In this document: piece after piece, positions 106,085 to 120,794 of the stretch | Position numbering within the stretch: position 1 is the stretch's first letter | How the letters are laid out: every line of letters starts with the position of its first letter | Assembly (NCBI RefSeq): GCF_000400465.1 | Contig: NW_008806280.1 | Span: forward strand, 20,001 to 144,000 | Origin: Wallemia ichthyophaga EXF-994 | Taxonomy: Eukaryota; Fungi; Basidiomycota | Length of the DNA stretch: 124,000 nucleotides | Direction of reading: 5' to 3' | Position numbers and translations under genes: made by a program | The notes under the pieces: generated by a model | Databases searched by the model: none | What the model was told of the DNA's origin: nothing | Seen by the model: only the letters and a program-made list of their open reading frames with translations

Positions 106085-109000
106085 CTAGATAGATGTGAGA
106101 ATATCGTCGATTATGGCGTTAATCTCAGTTCTACGATCGTTGATAGCGTCGTTTCCATACTTGTCAGCAAGATCCTGTCTGATTGACTTCTTGGTTATAT
106201 TGTCCAGATCTGCCTTGCCAATTATGCCCCTGACGTCCATCTCGATTTCATTCCACGATATCGATTGACTCCCTCCACTGCCGTTGCTGTGTTGATTGTA
106301 TTCAGGTAGGGGTGTGACGGAGTGCGACTGCGGCTGTGGTGGCATGAATTGCTGTTGGGAAAAGTTCGTCGACATTCTCGGATCGTAGCCTCCGTAGAAT
106401 GAGTTGGACCAGTTTTGAGATTGCGGATATGGATGGTGTTGTGGTGGTGCCAAAGAATACATTGATGTGGTGTTTGGATAACCGTTGAAAGCGTATTGGG
106501 ATGGGTATGCTGATTGGCGGTAGATGCTCTGATTCGCGGACATTGAGCGCGGCACACCGCTCTGGTCCAATCCACCATACATAGATCGAGGGCCATAGAT
106601 ACTGGCTGTGTTAGCTGGTGATGGCGGCCTTGATGCTTTCTCAAATTCGTAAACTTCATCTCTGTAACCCGATTAGCTAGTGCGTTACTTCTCAGGAGTC
106701 TAACTCACCCTTGCTCCCACAGCTCAGCTTCATACTCAGCCCATGTCTTTAGTGGTATCACCTTTGGATCAAAGTGACCTTCATCATGTATCATCATTTT
106801 TCTGCCCTTTTCTCCTGTGATCGTGTGCGTCGAGCCCCATGAGAAATCATCAAAGTGCCAGAATGAATATAGCGGCAAGAAGAACGAGAAGAGCGGGATA
106901 GCGCAAATATAAACTATCATCCAGCCAATCTGTTCCCATTTACGATGCATAAGGAAGATTAGCGCTTGGAAACCATATATAGCGCAAAGCATAATGATAG
107001 ACGTTGTCGGTATGGTCTTTCCTTCAGCTGCTGCCAAGTAAATCAAGTAGACAATATAAACGACGGTGACTGGAGCGATAATTGTTGATAGCAGATCAAT
107101 GAAAACTATGAACCTCATCGAGAAGCAGCAGAAACCACAAAGCTTATCCAAGAATAACAGTTCGGCCAGGTTATGCACAGTGGAGTTAATCCATCTACGT
107201 CTTTGAGAGAGCAAAACCTTGATATCATCCGGTGCGACAGTCTGGGCTCTTGCATCGGCTGTAAATTTGGTCTTGAAGAGTGGGAAATGCTTGAGCAGAA
107301 TAGTAGTAAGATACCGATCTTCACCGAGATGCAAAAGATTCTTCAAGTGAAGCGTATTAACAACATTTTGACTATACTCGTCAATTACCTCAGAAGCGAC
107401 GAAAAGTGGACGATGAGTATCACTCGTGCGCAATCTATACATCGAAAAACATCCTGGTAAACATGTGATAGAGCCAAACAGAGACTCAAATGCTTTGGTG
107501 AGGTAGTGAGAGATATAGTACTCGTAAACCTGAGCCATAGTTACGATAGATTGCTTAGAATTAGCTAGAGAAGTTTCTCCACATAATGCCAAGATCTTTT
107601 TATCTCGCATGAACGATGATATAAACATAGAAAGACAGTCAGGATCGACCATAGTATCAGCATCGACGGCCAGCATATACTCGTAAAAATTGGGGTTAAC
107701 ACCAATAACATTCTTGATTTGGTGGTATATCTCCAACTCAAGGGGGTTCATTGGTGCGTCGAAATGAACTTTGTTCAGGAACCACATCAATGCCAATTGT
107801 GAGTCACGCTTACCTCTATTACCAGGCCTGCTACGTTCTGTTGGTTTACCGACTTTAGCCAGTACAATGTACGGTACGACGTGACCACGGTGCTCATAAA
107901 GACCACTATAGATTTTGCCCATATTGTGCTGCTTGTTACCCTCACCGATCGACTTAAAGCTGAGCGGTTCTGGATCGTAATTAGGATCAGCGCCTAGGAT
108001 ATCGAGGGCAATACGTGGTGTTGTACGGTCATTACCACTATAAAAAGTTAGTAATTCACGAAAATTCAATCAACACTCACCCTCCAATAATGTTACCATC
108101 ACAGATAACAAAAATGAGCTTGCGTTTATCATCGTAACGCGTAGCGGCGAGCGAGTCAATCGTCCGTCGCAGTGACTCTTCACCCTCAGTATAAGCAGGT
108201 ACCTGTAATTGTCAGCCAAAGCCTCGTTTCTATCAATCCACCTACTTGGAAAATGAGAAACTTGTCGTGCTCCTCCGGTTTCCGTCGTGTACCAAAGTTG
108301 ATAGCAGCCAAGAACTTGAAACCAATAATGACAATCATGAAAATTGATAGCGCGAGAAGGATGTAGTTTGAGAATTGACATGCCGTTGAGTTTCTTCTAT
108401 CCACTTTACCAATAAAGAAGAGATTCCGTAAACAGCTCATTTGACGAGCAAGGACGGTAGGATCTATAGCCAAGTCTTGAACATACTTAGTAACATCTTC
108501 CCCTGAATTTTGTTCAAATATTTGAACAATCGCTTCATGCATAAAGTGAGTGTCAATGTCAGTTGGAGCTGCCTCGTCTTCGCTAGATCCAACAAAACCA
108601 CCATCAAATGAGATGTACGGAGTCATATCGTAAACGCTGCCATTGATCACAGCTACATTGTTATTATCGTCCGCCATCTTTGAAATATCCTTGTCGGTTA
108701 AACCGACATGACCGACTCTGTAATTGTAGCGCATAATGACCATCTGCTCGTAATACCAATCTGGTCTTGAGTCATTAGTCCATGCTCTAAAGTCGTGGTA
108801 GTGGGCATTAGGTTCTGTAGATGTAGTGTTTGAGGCGTCAAGACCGACTAGCGGATTAACCGCTCCATCAACACCATTGCACAATGCCGATACTTGAACA
108901 GGAAGAAGATTAGAAACATCCTGACCACCATAATTCCAAAAGAGCCTGTCGTCGATAACTGATACAGCACCGCGGTGTGCATCGTGCATCTTAGTGAGGT

Positions 109001-112000
109001 CCATAACTTCGCCTCGAATACTGACAAATGTGTGATCAGGTTGAGATTCATGTGTATGAGCAGATATTTCATTCTGAGAGTAAACCCGCTGAGTGGGACA
109101 TATCACGGGTCCAAGGATAGCGATAACGAAGATAGCGCAAGCACAAACAAACCAGATGATGATGTTAATAGCCAACTTTTCCCTCCATGCTTGTCTGACA
109201 TCTTGTCTTTTCATTCTACCGAACCACTTGAGGAACGGAGAAGGAACGTACCAGGTCAATAACCAACAGAAAGCAACCCATCTTTTTCTAACACCAGATT
109301 CTCTCACTTCCTCTTGCGTTTCACTATCATCATACATATCCTTTTCGTCCATCGCAGCTTTATCGGCGTCCTTGAGATTCATGTTTGAGAACATGTTTTG
109401 AGATGGTGCGTACATTTCAGTGCCGATTTGACTGTTAGTTTCATTTTCATACTTTGATTGGGGATATATATCACTACCTTCGTACCCGAAAGACTTGTGG
109501 TCGTCGCTGTACATATCGTCGTGATCTTCGTCACGCTGAACGTTGGAAACGAGTGGGAGTGCGACACTAGAGCCATCGTGGTCACGAGTGGCGAAAGGAT
109601 CTGTCATGAGCTCTGAAGCTGGTGTAGTTGGTCCCTCTTCTCCAAGTGGTGCGTATGGACCGAATGGATCTGGAGTTGCGATATAATCCGCTTCTGATTT
109701 CTGATACTTGTTGAATTGACGTTGTTCCTGCTCGTCATAAGAGCGAATGTGATCTTCGAGATGTCGGAAGACGTTGTGAGTTATGAATACCTGTGGGTTT
109801 ACGTTAAGATGAACACTTTGTTTTTTTCTATTAAAAATCACTTACCTTATATGTACCAACGGCTAGCTCGCGCTCTGTCCATGACATCTTTTCGCGCATG
109901 TTAAGGATCTTATGCACAGTATCTCCCTGCATAATATCCATCTCGTTGAGTTCATCACCGTAACTCTCCACGAATTCATCATGCGTCATATTGATTGCCC
110001 ATTCGGCTACAGCAGACCGTCTTGCCACGGCTGGTATACCCGATGAACGAATTTGCGCCTTGACATGACGTGCCTCGAGCTGATTAGGCAGCTGGGTATC
110101 GTTGGGTGACAGGCAGAAGACGTACCATGGATAACAGTCCTCAAGCGTATCAAACAGAACATCAGCAGCATTCCTAAACTCTGTTGCTACACATGTGTTT
110201 GTTTCAGTTGAAGATTGGTGATCGACGACTTGGTCTTCTGGCATGTCTGGCAATTCAGGTTCATTATTTCCACGTCTCAAAGAAGGACCAGTCCGTCTTG
110301 TCGATGGTCTACGCCTTGGACCTACTGACTGTTGAGCGGCAACGAGAGTAGCTTCTGACTTTGGATGGAATTGCGTACTGATTGCATTGGATGTGAAAAG
110401 AGACTTGACGAATGGATTTTCCGATCCGTTTGTTGTCTTGTCATTGGTGACTCCACCTTTGAAAAGCGAAACGAAATCAGGATTAAGATTGTCGGTGTTC
110501 TTCTCAATCCAATTCTCGGCTGAGTAGGTGACGGTACCAGCGTAGTGGTTGATGGAGAATGTAGGATAACCAGACCGATCTGGTGGCGCCGTCTTGAATT
110601 TATTATTGTTACCCCAGCGTTTATTAAATGCTTCAACCATCGTATTGTCATTCTTCTTTGGCGCACGCTTAGCTTGGTCGTCCATTATATGAATTAAGCC
110701 ACCCTGCTTTGCACCAAGTAGACGCAAAACATCCGAATTGTCGTATTCTGAGAATGACACAGGTGGACTAATCTTACTCAATCCCTCGTGCTTGTGCTCC
110801 TCATAAGGACGAGTGAAAACATGCTGGAAAATCCAGTTTTGTAAGCGTTCATTGAGATAATTTACGCAAAATTGGTCGACAGAATTACCGCGATGACCGG
110901 TACTTGGATTGTTTTGAAAACCAGGTAGATCGAGAAAAGCAATGTAAGTTGAAAAGTCCTCTTTGCAGAGGTGTTGATTGATGTGTTCGATGATCCAGCT
111001 GAAGAGGAGAGAATAGAGGGAGCGAGCAAGGTCATCACGATTGGTAGCTGCACCGTCAACATCGAGAAAGACGGTACATACATCTTTCTTAACAAGTTTA
111101 GTGCGATATGAAAGAACACTTTCAAGTGCGTCTGGATGTACACCGAGGAACTCCGCAACAATGTCGAGTGTCTCTGTATTTCTAACTACAGCAGCATCTG
111201 GATTCCTTGCGTGGTCGATCGTGAATTCAAGGTTACCAAGGTGCAAGATTGCAGTGACGAGCTGGCAAATTTGAGCGACGTGACGCTTTGAAAATCCAGC
111301 AGCCTTGAAAGCGTTTTTGAGTTGACTGAATCTTGCAGCGTCCTCGCCATTACTAGCGCCTATCAAAGGACCGCTGCGTCTTCTGATTGCGCCTGAGGTG
111401 TAGCGATAGGCACCAAGATCCTGAAGTTTAAGATATTGGCGCTCCTCTTCACTGGCTCCAGCAGTAAGATAGTAGAAGATGTGATAGTTGCGCTCTCCTG
111501 GAGGAGGGTTTACAACTCTTGAGCGTTCAAAGTAATACTCAAGAGTTTTTGCACCGTAAAGTCTGCCACGGTCGTTGAATTGAAGTTCAGTATATTTGCC
111601 GAATCTCGAAGCATTTGCGTTGTGCAGGGTTTTTGCATTGCCAAAAGCCTCGAGGACAAACTCGGCAGAGGGAATCTGATCGCCAAGCTTGTGGCCTTTC
111701 TTGCCTGGTGGTGGGAGAGACAAATCAATAATAGTCCTTGTTGCCAGTCTTCTAAGTTCGGACTTTCCAGAGCCCGTTTCACCGCTTTTATAGGGTTAGA
111801 CGGGCAAGCGGGGAGACAGCAACTCACTTTAAAATGATATTATTATCTTTCGAGCTTCTGCGCATGTAATAGTAAGCGTCTGCAGCGATTTGGAAGATGT
111901 GAGGTGGTAGTCTTGTGCTATTATCAGTCTGCCTGTACTCGAGTGCGTAGTCGTGCAGGACTTTATCAGAATTAGCGGGGAGGTATTTAAGAGGGTTCAA

Positions 112001-112129
112001 GGCGACGAGCGAGGACGTTCCCAGTCGCGTATAGATCTGGTCTTCGAGGAAGCGATCTCGCAAATAGCTGAGCACAGCTTCGTCAGACGTATCCCGTAGC
112101 TTTGATATATCGTCCATGGTCGTGGACAT
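106085..112129 (-). CDS. Myosin-motor chitin synthase (class V type) with b5-like domain and DEK-C tail
   Basis: [18 protein letters not shown] motor; [22 protein letters not shown]; C-terminal [11 protein letters not shown]. Confidence 0.96.
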
Positions 112130-112294
112130 GGTCGTCTTATCGATAAAAGCGCTTTTGCTAATCTGGCACTTGCGTCTTTGGCTGAAATCAAGAGGCTGTT
112201 CGAAGCCAAAAGGTTACGTAGGACATTCCAGTTGGAAATTTTTTTAGATTAGATTAAGTACAGGTATATAGGCGGAGGTGTATTATTCATTTGG

Positions 112295-113340
112295 TCACGT
112301 GCTGGAGCTGGCTCTGCCTCCAAATGCAGGATTCGGTTCGTCCTTTGTCTTGGTAAGCGACGCAGGCAGAAAGATAGCTTACGACGCACCTTCCTTATGG
112401 AGATTTTGATTCCCTGAGCGGCAAAGCACTGCAGCATGTGAGAGGAAGCCTGAATGGTATAAATTGATTACCTTTGACAGCGCAGTGCTGGACGTCATCC
112501 CCGGGAACCTGACACATGTAAGTGACGTGAAATTGAGCAATGAAACGCACTTCTTGGGCGAATAGACATGGAATTCGTTTGACATTGTTTGGGCTACGAT
112601 TGTCCTATTTTTATGTCCCACTATCAGCCTGGATTTGTGAGAAGATAAGACAGCGACAATATCCAACTCACGCTGCGATGTCCACAAGGCTAAACTGCAA
112701 CCTGAAGCTGTGTAAAGTCAACTTTGTGATTATATAATGCTCAGTACACAGCACTCACACGCCCTCCACGCGCACCGACAAATCCTAAGTTGAGTTAGAA
112801 ATGCACTAGCAGCTGACATGGACTGCACCTGGAAACAAAAAAAGATGCCGGGGTTGTTGTTGGTGTCCCTGAGCCTCATTCCCTCGGCTGTGAGGCTGCC
112901 GAGGAGATTCCGAATCGGAGTCTCTGAAGAGGTGTTTTGGTGGTGCGTGTTGGCGACTTGAGTGGCTGTGGATGAATTGAATACGTATGCACAAGATCGT
113001 AAGCCTTCAGAATCGAATATCTTGACCTGCACGAGCAAATGTTGTGGCGTGATGTCCCTGTCTGGCGTTAACTCGGAATCAAAGGAGGAGCTACGCACTG
113101 ATCAGGTATCTCAACCTCTGTGCCGCTCTCTAAAGTCTCGAAAGCCCGAACTTGGAGTACAGGCGGCGGATCTATCGGTCTCCTGTCCTTTTCGCCAAAG
113201 CCACACAATCTAGAGCGTATAGGCTGCTGTAAGATGTCTAGTGTGAATCTGATTGCATTGTTAGGCTTTAAATCTACTGGGTGCCCTGCTTACCGCACAG
113301 ATTTGCCTGCGAATTGACCATGACTGAAATTGTGCGTCAT
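112295..113340 (-). CDS. Velvet-domain protein, VelB-like, about 8 introns
   Basis: Manual splicing gives QQPIRSRLCGFGEKDRRPIDPPP, RNLLGSL, FFCFQ.LSVRVEG, YSPKKFPGM..ST.LSK.FA.QGIKI. Confidence 0.88.
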
Positions 113341-113625
113341 CGTCGACTTGAAAGCTTTAACAGCCACCGGATAAATGCATTTAAAATTATTTGCGTGGGA
113401 GATATTGTTTGCTGTTTGTATCGCCCTCCTCGCTGTCTTTAGATCTGCAGATCTTACTCGGAAGCATATACATTTCCTCAATCTGAAGATGAATAAAATC
113501 TAATTTACATATTTGGGCCATTCTTGTCATCAGAGAAATTCCATTTTATGCCCTGTACATCTTACTTTATCCCTTAACAACTCCCATCGAGGTTGACACA
113601 GCGCACTCCCACACGCTGAGCATTG

Positions 113626-113637
113626 CGGAAGAACGGA
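113626..113637 (+). promoter_or_regulatory. CSRE-like element upstream of isocitrate lyase
   Basis: CGGAAGAACGGA matches the yeast CSRE consensus CGGNYNAAYGGR at all but one position, about 130 bp upstream of the ATG. Confidence 0.4.
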
Positions 113638-113766
113638 GCACCGAAGATGTGGATTATCGGGAACTATCGCCTATCGAGTCATTAGCCTTCTCGGAACGAT
113701 TAGGAAATGGCATCATCACACATACACAGCTGATCACTCGGCATTTCTCTTTCTCTAACAGCGAAC

Positions 113767-115629
113767 ATGACAGCAAAAGAAGATAATGAATTTAATAAAG
113801 AAGTAAAGGAGTTGGAATCCTTCTTCAGCGTGTGTTATTTCTTTGATATCCCTGATTGGATTCCTAACGTCACACGCAGCTTCCACGCTTCAAAAATACA
113901 GTCAGGCCGTACGCGGCAGCGCAGGTGGTCAGCAAGCGCGGCACAATCACCCACCACTACCCTTCTGATCTTCTCGCAAAGAAGCTGTGGACAATCCTCG
114001 AGCAGAAAGCTAAGAGGGGCGATACGAGCCACACGTACGGTGCACTCGATCCAGTCCAAGTCACTCAAATGGCGAAATACCTCGAAACAGTTTATGTTAG
114101 TGGCTGGCAGTCCTCGTCCACTGCTTCCTCGACCAATGAGCCCGGTCCCGATCTCGCCGATGTGGGTGGCAGCTTTCTTAATACTCCCTCTTTACTAACC
114201 CATATAGTACCCGTACGACACCGTTCCTCGCAAGGTTGAGCACCTCTTCCAAGCGCAGCTCTTCCACGACAGGAAACAGAGACACCAGCGCAGCTTAACC
114301 TCAGCCAGCGAGCGCGGTCCGGCTGTTGACTATCTACGCCCTATAGTTGCAGACGCAGACACTGGCCACGGTGGTCTTTCAGCGACTATGAAATTGGCAA
114401 AGCTTTTTGTTGAGAAGGGTGCAGCTGGTATTCACATCGAAGACCAGGCTCCTGGAACCAAGAAATGTGGCCACATGGCAGGTAAAGTTTTGGTGTCAAT
114501 CCAGGAACAGATAAATCGTCTTATCGCCATCAGATTCCAGTTTGACATTATGGGCGTAACAAACCTCATCGTCTCGCGCACAGACTCTGAAGCTGCGACT
114601 TTGATTACCACCAATGTAGATGATCGTGATCACGCATTTATCCTTGGTGCCACCAATCCAAGTATCGGCTCCCTCGTAGATGTCATGCGTCAGGCCGAGC
114701 TGGCAGGTGCCATTGGTCCTGCTCTCGAGAAAGTCGAGAGTGATTGGGCTGCTCAAGCTGGATTAAAGAAGTACAGCGAGGCGCTTGCTGACGCACTTCG
114801 CCAGAACAACATTAACGAGAGAGTCATTAAAAATTTCTTGAACGAAGCACATTTCGCAAGTCGTCATAAAACCACTCAGCTCGCTCAAAAGGCAGGTCTT
114901 CCAACTACGGTTAGCGTCTTCTGGGATTGGGATGCTCCGCGTACACGTGAAGGCTACTACCGCTACCAGGGCGGCACACAGTGTGCGGTGAACAGAGCCA
115001 TAGCGTTTGCACCTTACTGCGATTTAATATGGATGGAGGTGAGTTAATTGGTTAGCAAAGAAGCCTTGCTAACGCTATACTCTAGACGAAAGACCCTAAG
115101 CTCGCACGGGCAAAAGAGTTCGCATCTGGCGTTAAAGCCGCTTATCCAGATCAATGGCTGGCTTATAACCTCTCTCCATCGTTCAATTGGGATGCCGCTG
115201 GTCTGAGCCCACGTGAAATGCAGGCCTTTGTTTGGGAGTTGGGTAAATTAGGTTACGTTTGGCAGTTTATCACTCTCGGCGGTCTTCATTCAAATGCTTA
115301 CATTTCAGACAACTTTGCAAAGCACTTTGCTACAGAGGGTATGAAAGCCTATGTAGAACAGATCCAAAGAAAGGAGCGTGAAATAGGGTGTGACGTTCTT
115401 ACTCACCAGAAGTGGTCAGGTGCTGAATATGTGAGTTTTGTTTCACGCAATGAGGTGTCCTTACAATTTCAACTCAGATCGACGACCTTCTCTCGACTAT
115501 TCAGGGTGGTGTTTCATCAACTGCTAGTATGGGCAAGGGTAACACTGAAGCACAGTGAGTAGTGTTAATCCTCACTTGTCAGCGAAGCAGCTAATATGAC
115601 GCAGATTCGCATTACCAGCTAAATTGTAG
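113767..115629 (+). CDS. ICL1: Isocitrate lyase with PTS1 (AKL)
   Basis: [38 protein letters not shown]; last exon ends FALPAKL*. Confidence 0.96.
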
Positions 115630-115738
115630 CTGCTGACCAAGGGCTGACTGTAACGAAATGACTTATTCCTATTCTTTCATTATATATCTTTGTAAAAAAA
115701 AGTACATGATTCTTAGTTTGTCAGAGGAAATGTAGTTG

Positions 115739-116830
115739 TCATTGTGGCAAATAACCTGCAAGCTCAGTCTGCAACCACTCCTCAAGATCTTTGTTTAGAG
115801 ATGGATCGGAAGTACGCTTATCAGCTATACCATGGCGTGCCCAAGGAATACCATACTGAATGAATCGTTAGGGAGTAAATCTTTTTAAAGCAGCTCAAAG
115901 CTTACTAAACCTTCTGTGTCTTTTTCCACAGTGCCAAGATACAGCTGAGTGAGCGAGCCTAGGCTGCTTGGATAGAGTATAAAGCTAGAGAAGAAGGCCT
116001 TCCAACCAGGTATACGCGTGTGTCTCCATAGCTCTGTTTGCAGTATACCGGGATGACAGCTGCTATGACTGACATTTACTTGCTGCTTGTTTAAGATATT
116101 GCTTATGACGGTATTACCAATTTTAGAATAACCGTACAAATCCCAAGTATTGATATTTGTGCTCCGTCTCAGATGGCCATCCTTAAGCAGATGGAAATCG
116201 ATACCTGTTTCATGTATGAAAAATGATTGCATAGCCGAAGAAGTGTGCACGACGCGCGCTTTTTCATTACGATAGTTGTTCTTGCTATAGTTGTCTAACG
116301 CAGGGTGGAGAAGAGTAGCGAGGAGATAGTGGGACATGACGTTAGTCTGAAACTGAATATCATAGCCTTGTTTGCTGAGCAGCTCGACTGGGGCAGCCAT
116401 GATTCCAGCATTGCAGAACAAAGCAGCTAGTTGAGTTTCTTTGTGCAAAAATTCGTGAGCTGCATTATTAACGGAATCGAAATCCGAAAGGTCAACAAGA
116501 AAGGGTTGGGCTGTCTTGCCAGTTTCATTGCGCAATTCATCAATCACGCTTTCGATCTTGGATTTATTCCTGCCACCGATGTAAACGTCGGCGTTATGGT
116601 GGAGTAGCGCGCGTGCAGTATCCTTGCCTATACCTGAAGAAGCGCCTGTTACTGTATATTGTAAAATTAGTAGTACTCATGGTTTAATACGCGCTAGACT
116701 GACCGATGATAGTCTTGTCGGTGAGATCGGGGATATCAGCATCTGTCCAAGTGGGCGATGGCGGGAATGTTTGTGTGTATAGATTGAATAAACCGCGTGG
116801 TAGCGTCGATGAGAGTATCCAGTCAAGCAT
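115739..116830 (-). CDS. Short-chain dehydrogenase (retinol dehydrogenase-like)
   Basis: TGASSGIG, NAGIMA, YGYSK, CHPGILQTEL. Confidence 0.92.
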
Positions 116831-116999
116831 CCTGCCAATTGCGTCTGATGATCGTTGGTAAGGACAAATAGAGAATCTATTAAAGCGTGAGCGTGTGAAT
116901 TACTCATATATCACTGATATTTATACACATCTCAATAAAAATTTACACTTCACGGAAATCTGAAGTCAAGAAGACAGATCTCATCAAGATACGCTCAAC

Positions 117000-119900
117000 A
117001 TGTCCACATTAGAGTTATACTGGCCTCTAGCGTCTAATAAAACATCAGAGCGACTTCAAGCCAGCTCAGACCTGATAAATTTATTGAACAAATTCCAACA
117101 AGATTTTAAGCCTGCAGATGAAGATAGGGATGGCGAGGAGAGCGATCACAGCGAGCCCAGCGATCAAGAAGAAGACACTGTTGATAAAAACCAGAAATCT
117201 GTTATCAAACGTATTGAAAAGTGGATTGAGAAGCATCACGCTCCAGATGTTTCATATGCAATCAAACGATTGATTAGAGGTTTGGCTTCACCAAGGGAAT
117301 CATCTAGATTGGGATTCGCTGTGACACTTACGCAGGTGAGAATTCTTTCATTTCCCCGAATAATCCTATTCACCCTCCTCAGCTTCTCTCAAATCTGCCT
117401 TTGCTCACCGTCGCGCATGTACTTCCGTTGATTAAGCACCACACTACCCCAGTTGGAAACGTTAAAGGCTCAGAAGAGAGAGACCTCATCTTTGGTAGAT
117501 TGTTTGGTATACAGGCAATCATCGAATCTGGTTTGATTAGCAGATCGACAACGACGCCGGATGATTTCAAGGAAACGATTAGAAATGTGACAGACCTTGG
117601 TAAGAATAAGGTCTGGTTGAAGGAGGCTACAGGATGGACTACCCTTAATGGCTTAAAAGAAGTCACCGAGAAGAATGTCAGCTGGTTGAACCAAGCAATC
117701 ACCAATTCACTCGATATTCTTTTTACTGGTGACGAGAAAGAAATTTGGGGTCCTGAGAAAGTTGGTATTCTTCTCTGGTTACAGTCAACGCATAGCGTAA
117801 GTTTGTCTGTTTCATTTGTTTCATGTTAACATGAGTCTAGGATATCGATTATTCTGAATACGTACAACCTATCTTCAAAAACCCTTTGCCTCTTGCTCCT
117901 CAAAATCTATCTGTTCTCGCTCGTATTCTTAGAGAAACTTCTATCGATGCAGAGAAGGCTACTTCCGGTTCAGGCGTATGGAAACCACAATTACACTGGG
118001 TCTGGCCTCAAATTCTCGACATATACTTCACTAGTGATAACCAAGCTTTCAAACCGCGCGCTTCATTCCAAGACTTCTATAGAATATGCATTGACGAATC
118101 ATTATTCCAAACCAACGCATCACCTCAGCGCAAATACTGGGGCTTTTCAGTCTTCGCTTTGGCCTTGCCACGCCTCACCAATGAGGACCTTGGTGCATTA
118201 TTCACTCCCAACTTCATGCGTACATGGATCAACAACCTTCGCGGTGAAGACAGAGTGTTGCACAAGGCTGCACTGAGAATAGCACAAGATCTGCAACCAC
118301 TCATCGCTCAGAATCCAAAGCTGGGATTACCTCTGATCTTGCAGCTCCTTGGCAAGCATGGCAGTGCAAACTTTGACAAATTGACGGGAACCAAGACTGT
118401 AGCCAACATTTTGTCATCCATGACTACTGACGGTGTCAGTGAGTATGTTGGATACTTGCGCTCATTTATTCAAGGCGAAACGAGCGATGTTAAGCAGCGC
118501 AAATGGGCTTTAGATCAATTACTTTCCCTTATTCGAAACTCTCAAATACCGCATGACGACGAGTGGGTTTGGAGTGCATTGGAGTGCTTCGTACTCAATG
118601 GTATCTTTGTTCCTCGCAAGCCGTCATCTAAATCAAAGCATGACGTACTCAAAAACCCACCACAACCTCCACTTTCAGACACGGATAGAGCTGCTGCTCG
118701 TTCACACCTTTTATCATCTCTTGCAGAACTCTCAAAAACACCAGACAGCAAGAAGCAACTGGGTGTAGACAAGAATGGTGATTTATGGGTGAAAAGAGTA
118801 TATGACTTTATTCAAAGTATTGAAAGCGAAAAGAACGTCATTACTGCTGTTCAATATGAGGAGGAAGTTTTAATAGCACGTAAAACCGCACTTGACAGTT
118901 TCAGCAATGTTAACAAGAAAGGCAAAGCACCTGAAACTCGTCACCACGCCTTTAGTCTATTGTTACTCAGTGTAGTACTCCAATCATACGATAACATGGA
119001 AGGTATATCGGATGTCCTTGACGAGTTGGCCAGTGCATCTTCCATGCTCTTCACCGTCAAGTCACCAAAGAAGAACAATAGTAAGCAACAAGAAAATGAA
119101 GATGGCGAGGAACCATCAGCAATGGCTGTTCTTGTCGATGTGCTTGTCTCTTTGCTTGAACGCTCATCATCATTTTTGCGCACAATGGCTATCAACGCAT
119201 TCACTGCATTCACACCAGAAGTCGACGAAGAGGCTTTGGATATGATTATCGCTCAGCTCTCCTCACAACCTGATGGTGAAGGTGAAGGTGAAGACGGTGA
119301 AGAGGAGAATGAAGAGATGGGAGACGATGAAAAAGGGGAGGAAGGGGAAGAAAGTGACTCTGAAAACGCTAAAGATGCTCAAGATGAAGTGGCTTCGGAT
119401 GTGAGTGACGACGATAAAGAGGACGACATCAACGAAGCTGTTGATCCAGAATTCGAACGCAAGTTGGCCAAAGCACTAGGTCAGCCAGTGTCAGACGATG
119501 AGGATGAAGAGATGGTTGATGAAGATGAAGATGGTGACGCTGTTGACAATGTTGACAACATGACGGATGAGCAGATGATGATGTTGGATGAGCAGCTGGC
119601 TGAGATATTTAAATCTAGAGTCGGCGATAAGAAGGCGAAGGAAGGGGCACAACGTGAAGCTCAACATACCAAGAACAGGCTCATAGATTTATTGGATGTT
119701 TACGCCAAGAAGCAGTCTTCAAATGCGTTGGTATTGAAGTTGATTATTCCGCTGGTAGAGATAATTGTCAATTCTGGTGCAACTGAGCAGCAGTTATCGT
119801 CCAAGTCCTCGGCTATTCTGAGACAACGTCTCACTAAATCGAAGGATATTCCAACAACAAACATCAACGAAGATGACTTGCTGGTCATATTCGAAGAAAT

Positions 119901-120688
119901 GCACAACGTCGCAAAGAAGTCAAGGACGAATGAGATTCTATCACTATGCAACCAATTGTCGCTGTACTTGTTCAGGATCATCACTTTCAATTATAGTGGC
120001 GCAGTTGCTGAATCGAAAGCCAAAGAAGTTTACATCTCAAGCTGGCAAGATTTCAGTAATAGAAAACACACAAAATTGAATCCAAGCGTGTTCACTGATT
120101 ATATACGCCGCTATCCAACCCAGTCGCTTAGTCTGCTTGATGAACTAGTTCAGACTGTCGTCGATGGCAAAGCTACAAATGCATATAGACAAATCCAAGC
120201 GTTGACGATGCTTCAAACCCTCTTTGGTCAACATAAGCAGTTGGTAAGTATTTTAATCAACGCTACTACTTTACTAACAGCTTCTTAAGATGGATGCTGG
120301 TAAGAAAGACGACATACTCGCATCAATTCCAAAGATCAGACAGGGCATATACTCATTCATCGCCACATCTTGCGAGTCAAAGGATAAGACAAACGCAAGC
120401 AAGCTGAAGGATGTCCTCAAGTCTGCACTGGCTTTGGTAAGGGTACACAAGAAGATAACGGATGAAAAAATAGAAGACGAATGGGATTTGACGACATTGC
120501 AGTCAATCGTCACCACCTTGGGCTCAATTGATAAGTTCAAGGGCGTGCAATCTCTAGCACAGCAACTGAGTGCTTTGATAACTCAATCAACATCCACCTC
120601 CAAAACTTCATCCAAGAAACGTAAGTCAAGCGGTAATGGCACGACTGAGCCGGAGCAGTCTGTCAAGAAGAACAAACAGAAACAGTAA
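117000..120688 (+). CDS. POL5: Pol5/MYBBP1A nucleolar protein
   Basis: YAIKRLIRGLASPRESSRLGFAVTL, ERDLIFGRLFG, RKYWGF, LFTPNFMRTWIN. Confidence 0.9.
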
Positions 120689-120794
120689 AAGTTTCATAAT
120701 AGAGAACCTGTTGGTATAAAGATATAAAATTATTAAAGTCGTAAAAAAATGTACAACTAATATTCATTATTTATCCGAGTGTCGCAATGCTGCA

